Assembly: GCA_032718475.1 (NCBI GenBank)
Contig: JAUCBJ010000780.1
Span: 1 to 56,890 of the forward strand
Direction: 5' to 3'
DNA: 56,890 nt
Origin: Nemertoderma westbladi
Lineage: Eukaryota > Animalia > Xenacoelomorpha
Both the position numbers and the translations under genes were made by a program. The notes below the pieces were generated by a model. The model was not told where the DNA came from and did not search any database. It saw only the letters and a program-made list of their open reading frames with translations. This document shows, one piece after another, positions 52,723-56,890 of this stretch (the stretch's first letter is position 1; the number at the start of each line of letters is the position of its first letter).

Positions 52723-53881
52723 GTGTAAAGTTACCAGCTGACCTAAAGAACTGTGACTGCCAGCCACCACTCAGACAGATAAAGATGAGCGAACCCCGAG
52801 ATCCAGAGGGAGAGACGACAGTAGTACGTTAAACAACGTGATTGAGACAGCGTCTGCCATAGTCTACCATGTTAAAGAATTTGCCGAACGGCTCTTGCCC
52901 CGCCTACTTACTATGATTACTATTGTTGCCCCACCCACTTACTATGGTTACCATGGTTACCATTGTGCATATGTAACATATGTCACCGCTGTGTATATAT
53001 GTGACATACGCGGTATAAGACCAGTTTGCAGGCGGAAGTAATTTAATTAATTCGTGTCTACCGGTCGGCGTTTGACCTTGAACCGCAATAGGTAAAACCC
53101 AATATAGTAAGTGGGTTGCAGACGTTTGTTATTATAAAAGTCTTTAACATGATTTGATTATTCTACCTATGGGGCGAGCCATGAAGTGAGTGATAGCGCC
53201 GAAGTGTGAGTGATAGCGCCGAAGTAAGGTTATGACGCAACAACTAAAAAAGGTAAATAAACACAGACTTATGGGGGCGAGCCGTGAAGTGAGTTCTTCC
53301 TCACCCACAACATCATTACCACTACCACCATCACCCGACGTCCCCTTCATTCCTTTCCAACATTGAAAAAATGGGGCGAGCCGTGAAGTGAGTATAAGGT
53401 TATAGTATTTATAATATTATTTTAATTTGATTATTCTACCTATGGGGCAAGCCATGAAGTGAGTGATAGCATCGAAGTAAGGTTATTGTATTCAACTAAT
53501 GACAGCCACCAATATTACAATTCTATAGTTATTGCTAAGCAACTAGTTGTGGGGCGAGCCGTGAAGTGATTATTGTTATTATAATAATTTTCGAAATTAT
53601 TACTTACATTAATTTTCGGTAGGTGGTGGTGGTATATAGGCGCTATCGGTGAGTTGTCTTATCGCCGTCCGATGCCAACATAAGTTTTAATTGCCAATAA
53701 TTCTGTTATACAGTGATTTGATGAAAAAATAGGTCGAGCCATGAATCGAACGAAGCCTTAGAATATGGGTACCTACGCGGCGCGGAGTGAGCAAAGCCTT
53801 TAGCGTGTGGGTACTATTGTTGAATTTTGGTAATTATTTATTGTTATTATATTAATTGTTGAAATTAAATTATTACTTACA

Positions 53882-54307
53882 TTAATGTTGGGTGGTAGGT
53901 GGCGTCCTTGTTTCCCCCACCATTCTTGGGGGGCAGGCACAAGTTGGGCGGACTACCCCACCAACAATTCTACCTGGTTCTGCAGGGACTACCCCTTCTT
54001 GCGGCGGATCCGGGGGGAACCACGGCGATAAGCCACGACCACGCCCTCGGGGCCGCTTATTTGGAAATACCATGGCAATAGGCCTAAGAGGCCTACCAAT
54101 CGCCGGATAAAAATTGATAGGCCTATACAACGCTGCCATCGGCGTATTAGGCCTTCTAAGGGGTTCAATGGTACCCCCGCGACTCCCCACACCGTAAGTT
54201 TGGGGCACCCTACCGGAAACAGGTATTTGTTGGATGGCGGCTGGATGGACGGGGTTGTTGTCGGTGGCAACCTCCGAGACTGATTTATTATCACTGCCTG
54301 TAGCCAT
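53882..54307 (-). CDS. Hypothetical Pro/Arg/Gly-rich protein in the Polinton sub-terminal region
   Basis: 141-aa ATG ORF forming a GC-rich island in AT-rich surroundings, same strand as the viral genes. No recognised domain. Confidence 0.4.
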   Translation of the reverse strand: MATGSDNKSVSEVATDNNPVHPAAIQQIPVSGRVPQTYGVGSRGGTIEPLRRPNTPMAALYRPINFYPAIGRPLRPIAMVFPNKRPRGRGRGLSPWFPPDPPQEGVVPAEPGRIVGGVVRPTCACPPRMVGETRTPPTTQH

Positions 54308-54841
54308 TATATGTTTTTGTTTATAATAATTTAATAATGTAACTTTATAATAATTTAATAATGTAATTAATAATAAAGTGAATTCGGTATCGCTATTCCA
54401 GATGTTAATATAGTAAATAAACTATAACAGAACTAGCTAATTATCTACGCTTCAGCTTCGTATCTATATATGGTTTATTTCTTTTGTGAAACCAGTCACA
54501 TATGCGAGTAAATTGAACCCAGACCTTTGATTGTCGTTAGAGCGTTTAATTATTGTCTAATGTGCGTAGCGTGGATTGAGATTCTGGCCTTTGTGTTAAC
54601 TGCGTAGGTTGGGCGGCAGATGCTTGTTATATAACGGAAAGAGTTGGGTCCCAATGTGCTCTATACCAATTATTACGGTGTGAAGACCCCAACCTGCGTC
54701 ACTTGTCGTGTCCCATATATTCATTAAAAATATTGCTATTACTATATACCCAAGAAATAAATATTTATTATTAATTAATATTAGCGCTAATAATATGTTC
54801 ACGCACCGCAATTGAATATACCCATAACCGAAATAAATAAA

Positions 54842-55285
54842 TTATTTTATTAATGAAAGTGTCCACAGTAATAACAATAAATCATTGTACCGCAAATTAG
54901 AGGTGAATATATTCATTGCTCCAGGATTTTTCGGCACCTCGGTTAAATAATACAGACAAAATAGACCACACTGAGTCGATTGCGGCGCTTGAAATATTTT
55001 ACGATTCCAAGTATGCCTTTGGGTATATTTATGCAACCAATATGATATTTTTGGCGGAGGAGCTTTACCAAACGAATCTAAATAATAAGCAATTCTCTTA
55101 ACCACGCGTACGCAAGACCAGTGTTGCCCTGGTAGGCCTATACGTTGATTATTAATAATAAATGAATAATTTTGTTTATGCTTATTTTTTTTTTTTGCAT
55201 GTATTAGGTGTAATTGGTCGATTGCGTAAACACCAATGTATTCGGGCCCCACCGGGAATTTCGCTAATTGTATAGAGTCCAACAT
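54842..55285 (-). CDS. Adenain-like (C5 family) cysteine maturation protease
   Basis: IINN...PGQHW...YYLDSFG...Q...STQCGLFCLYYL supplies the His/Asp/Gln/Cys catalytic set. First ATG at 55285; located directly downstream of the capsid gene. Confidence 0.9.
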   Translation of the reverse strand: MLDSIQLAKFPVGPEYIGVYAIDQLHLIHAKKKNKHKQNYSFIINNQRIGLPGQHWSCVRVVKRIAYYLDSFGKAPPPKISYWLHKYTQRHTWNRKIFQAPQSTQCGLFCLYYLTEVPKNPGAMNIFTSNLRYNDLLLLLWTLSLIK

Positions 55286-55349
55286 CTTAGCGTGCACGTA
55301 TCCGCAGGCGGCGCGGCTTCGCTTACTTTGTACTATGCGAGATCTTTAT

Positions 55350-56600
55350 TTATTCAGTTATTATTTCCTTGGCTTCCGAAATAGATAGAAGAGCGTCATA
55401 GCTTGCCATTAATATAACGTTAATAGTGTTATCTAGTGCATTACTAAATTTCAGAATCAAATGCCCGCTTGTATGAATACTAGGTTGAATCTCATGGCTT
55501 TGGTCGCCTCCCGCAGTAAGATCGAATACGATCAAAGGAAATTGGGTACGAAACCGTTCTGGTGTTAGCGAGCAAAATACGCCACTCAAGCTCTTGAACA
55601 CGTTCATTAAACTTTCGAATTCCAACATAAAATTGTTTTCCAGAAAGTTAGGGCGATATGGATATCCGTGTATAATACGGGAGTCGATGTTTAGTTCGGC
55701 ATAATTTAAACCGAAATGGTTAAAATGTAGCGGATTACTGCTTAATTCCCCGTTGAAGCTGGCGTTGGTAAGCATTCCAACCAAAATATACTTAGGTAAT
55801 TTTCCTTGGATTATGTTCGATTCTGTATAACTGGACTGCCCGCCACCAATAGTGAAGGTTTTCACTTCTTGTTTTAACAAGTTATAAATAAAGTCATTTT
55901 TTTGTGACCCCAACAAATGCGCACGCATAACCTCGGCATCAATCTTGTGGCGTTTTATTTTTAAATTAATATTCATGATTTCAACTCTTGGGTTTACCAA
56001 TCCTGCGGGGGGTTCAACTTTCAAAAAAAAATTATTCGATACTCGGTCTATACGAAGTCGAATGTTAATTCCCGGCGGCAGTAATTTGTCCTGGCTTGCC
56101 AGGTCTAAAAAAATTGGGGCCACAACGAATTTAACATAATTCCCGCGAACGTCATTCTCAGTAGCGACAGGTACCCCACCTAGATTATTATCAGTATCTT
56201 CATACCCACCAGCTCTTAAAATACTGCGTTTTTCGTTAGCATCTGTCAACAGTAATGTCTGAAACGTAGACTTATAGGCGTAGAACCCATTCGAGGTTTC
56301 AACTAGCTTTTCATTTAAATATAACGAACAATTTTCAAATAGTGACCCACCCGGGTAATTAAGATGGTGGAGGGTTGTATCGTCGTTAGCCCTATTACCA
56401 TCCCATGTAATTTTATATTTAATGTGAAATTTCGAATTCTTTAAATCAGTATATAGAACATTTGACTGGGGTATAAAGAACTCGATTTGTCGGGCATTCG
56501 CGTCAAGAGTAGAAATCGGGTAGATATCCGAAAAATGTGAAGATGTATATTCTCGCTGATTTGTTTTACTTGAGAATAATGATAATTCTAATTTACTCAT
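55350..56600 (-). CDS. Polinton/adintovirus double-jelly-roll major capsid protein (hexon-like)
   Basis: Uninterrupted 416-aa ORF: ELSLF...YPISTL...IEFFIP...YTDLKNS, SLFENCSLYLNEKLV...YAYKS, QDKLLPPGINIRL, GKLPKYILVGM...FNGELSSNPLHFNHF, FDLT. Confidence 0.9.
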   Translation of the reverse strand: MSKLELSLFSSKTNQREYTSSHFSDIYPISTLDANARQIEFFIPQSNVLYTDLKNSKFHIKYKITWDGNRANDDTTLHHLNYPGGSLFENCSLYLNEKLVETSNGFYAYKSTFQTLLLTDANEKRSILRAGGYEDTDNNLGGVPVATENDVRGNYVKFVVAPIFLDLASQDKLLPPGINIRLRIDRVSNNFFLKVEPPAGLVNPRVEIMNINLKIKRHKIDAEVMRAHLLGSQKNDFIYNLLKQEVKTFTIGGGQSSYTESNIIQGKLPKYILVGMLTNASFNGELSSNPLHFNHFGLNYAELNIDSRIIHGYPYRPNFLENNFMLEFESLMNVFKSLSGVFCSLTPERFRTQFPLIVFDLTAGGDQSHEIQPSIHTSGHLILKFSNALDNTINVILMASYDALLSISEAKEIITE

Positions 56601-56609
56601 TTTGTTAAG

Positions 56610-56888
56610 TTACATAAAAATATCGCGGCATTTATTATTTCGCTTTTTACGTTTGCGCCCAACGTTCATACCCACACTTGGGTGTCGTCGTTTCCTGCTC
56701 CTCTTTTTTTTACTTTTCGGGTTTGTAAATTCATTGTATACCCGTTGGGCGATTTGGCGAGTCTTTGGATGAGGTTCTAACCGCTCGGCCACTTTATTTA
56801 TCAAATCATCTGCTTTACTGCGTAAAATACGTTTTCCTTCCGGTATTATGTATTTCCGTGCTACTTTCGCTGCTTTGGGGAGTGCCTT
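56610..56888 (-). CDS. Basic putative virion core/membrane-active protein upstream of the capsid gene (5'-partial)
   Basis: Frame is open to the window edge (KALPKAAKVARKYIIPEGKRIL...KSKKKRSRKRR...RKRKKRNNKCRDIFM). The stop lies 9 nt before the capsid ATG. Confidence 0.72.
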   Translation of the reverse strand, partial: KALPKAAKVARKYIIPEGKRILRSKADDLINKVAERLEPHPKTRQIAQRVYNEFTNPKSKKKRSRKRRHPSVGMNVGRKRKKRNNKCRDIFM

Positions 56889-56890
56889 AG

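Larger units (their letters stand above)
52820..56890 (-). mobile_element. Terminal part of an endogenous Polinton/Maverick (adintovirus-type) element
   Basis: Compact intronless co-oriented ORFs for a basic protein, major capsid and adenain protease. AGTAGT at 52820 is a candidate terminus; the left boundary is inferred. Confidence 0.85.

Noticed and set aside
54596-54811. 71-aa hydrophobic ORF downstream of the protease
   Set aside because: Non-ATG start in an AT-rich stretch and no recognisable motif; it cannot be supported, although a small viral membrane protein is not excluded.

Overview
Repeat-rich eukaryotic (invertebrate animal) genomic window. It holds two spliced host genes on the minus strand. 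The first is an afadin/AF-6/canoe orthologue with three very large exons (RA-RA-FHA-DIL-PDZ) that continues off the left edge; its introns are filled with different tandem arrays. The second is a complete three-exon Mox/Meox homeobox gene. Between them lies a full-length but defective BEL/Pao LTR retrotransposon (CAGCT TSD, tRNA-Tyr PBS) whose 5' LTR carries a TTAA-targeted non-autonomous piggyBac-type element. Mox intron 1 contains a near full-length RTE-type LINE with a second LINE nested in it. The right end (~52.8 kb to the edge) is the terminal part of an endogenous Polinton/Maverick (adintovirus-type) virus. It has open double-jelly-roll capsid, adenain protease and basic protein ORFs, a candidate AGTAGT terminus and an unusual sub-terminal repeat/mini-ORF zone. 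All family calls come from motif recognition by eye; no database searches were run.
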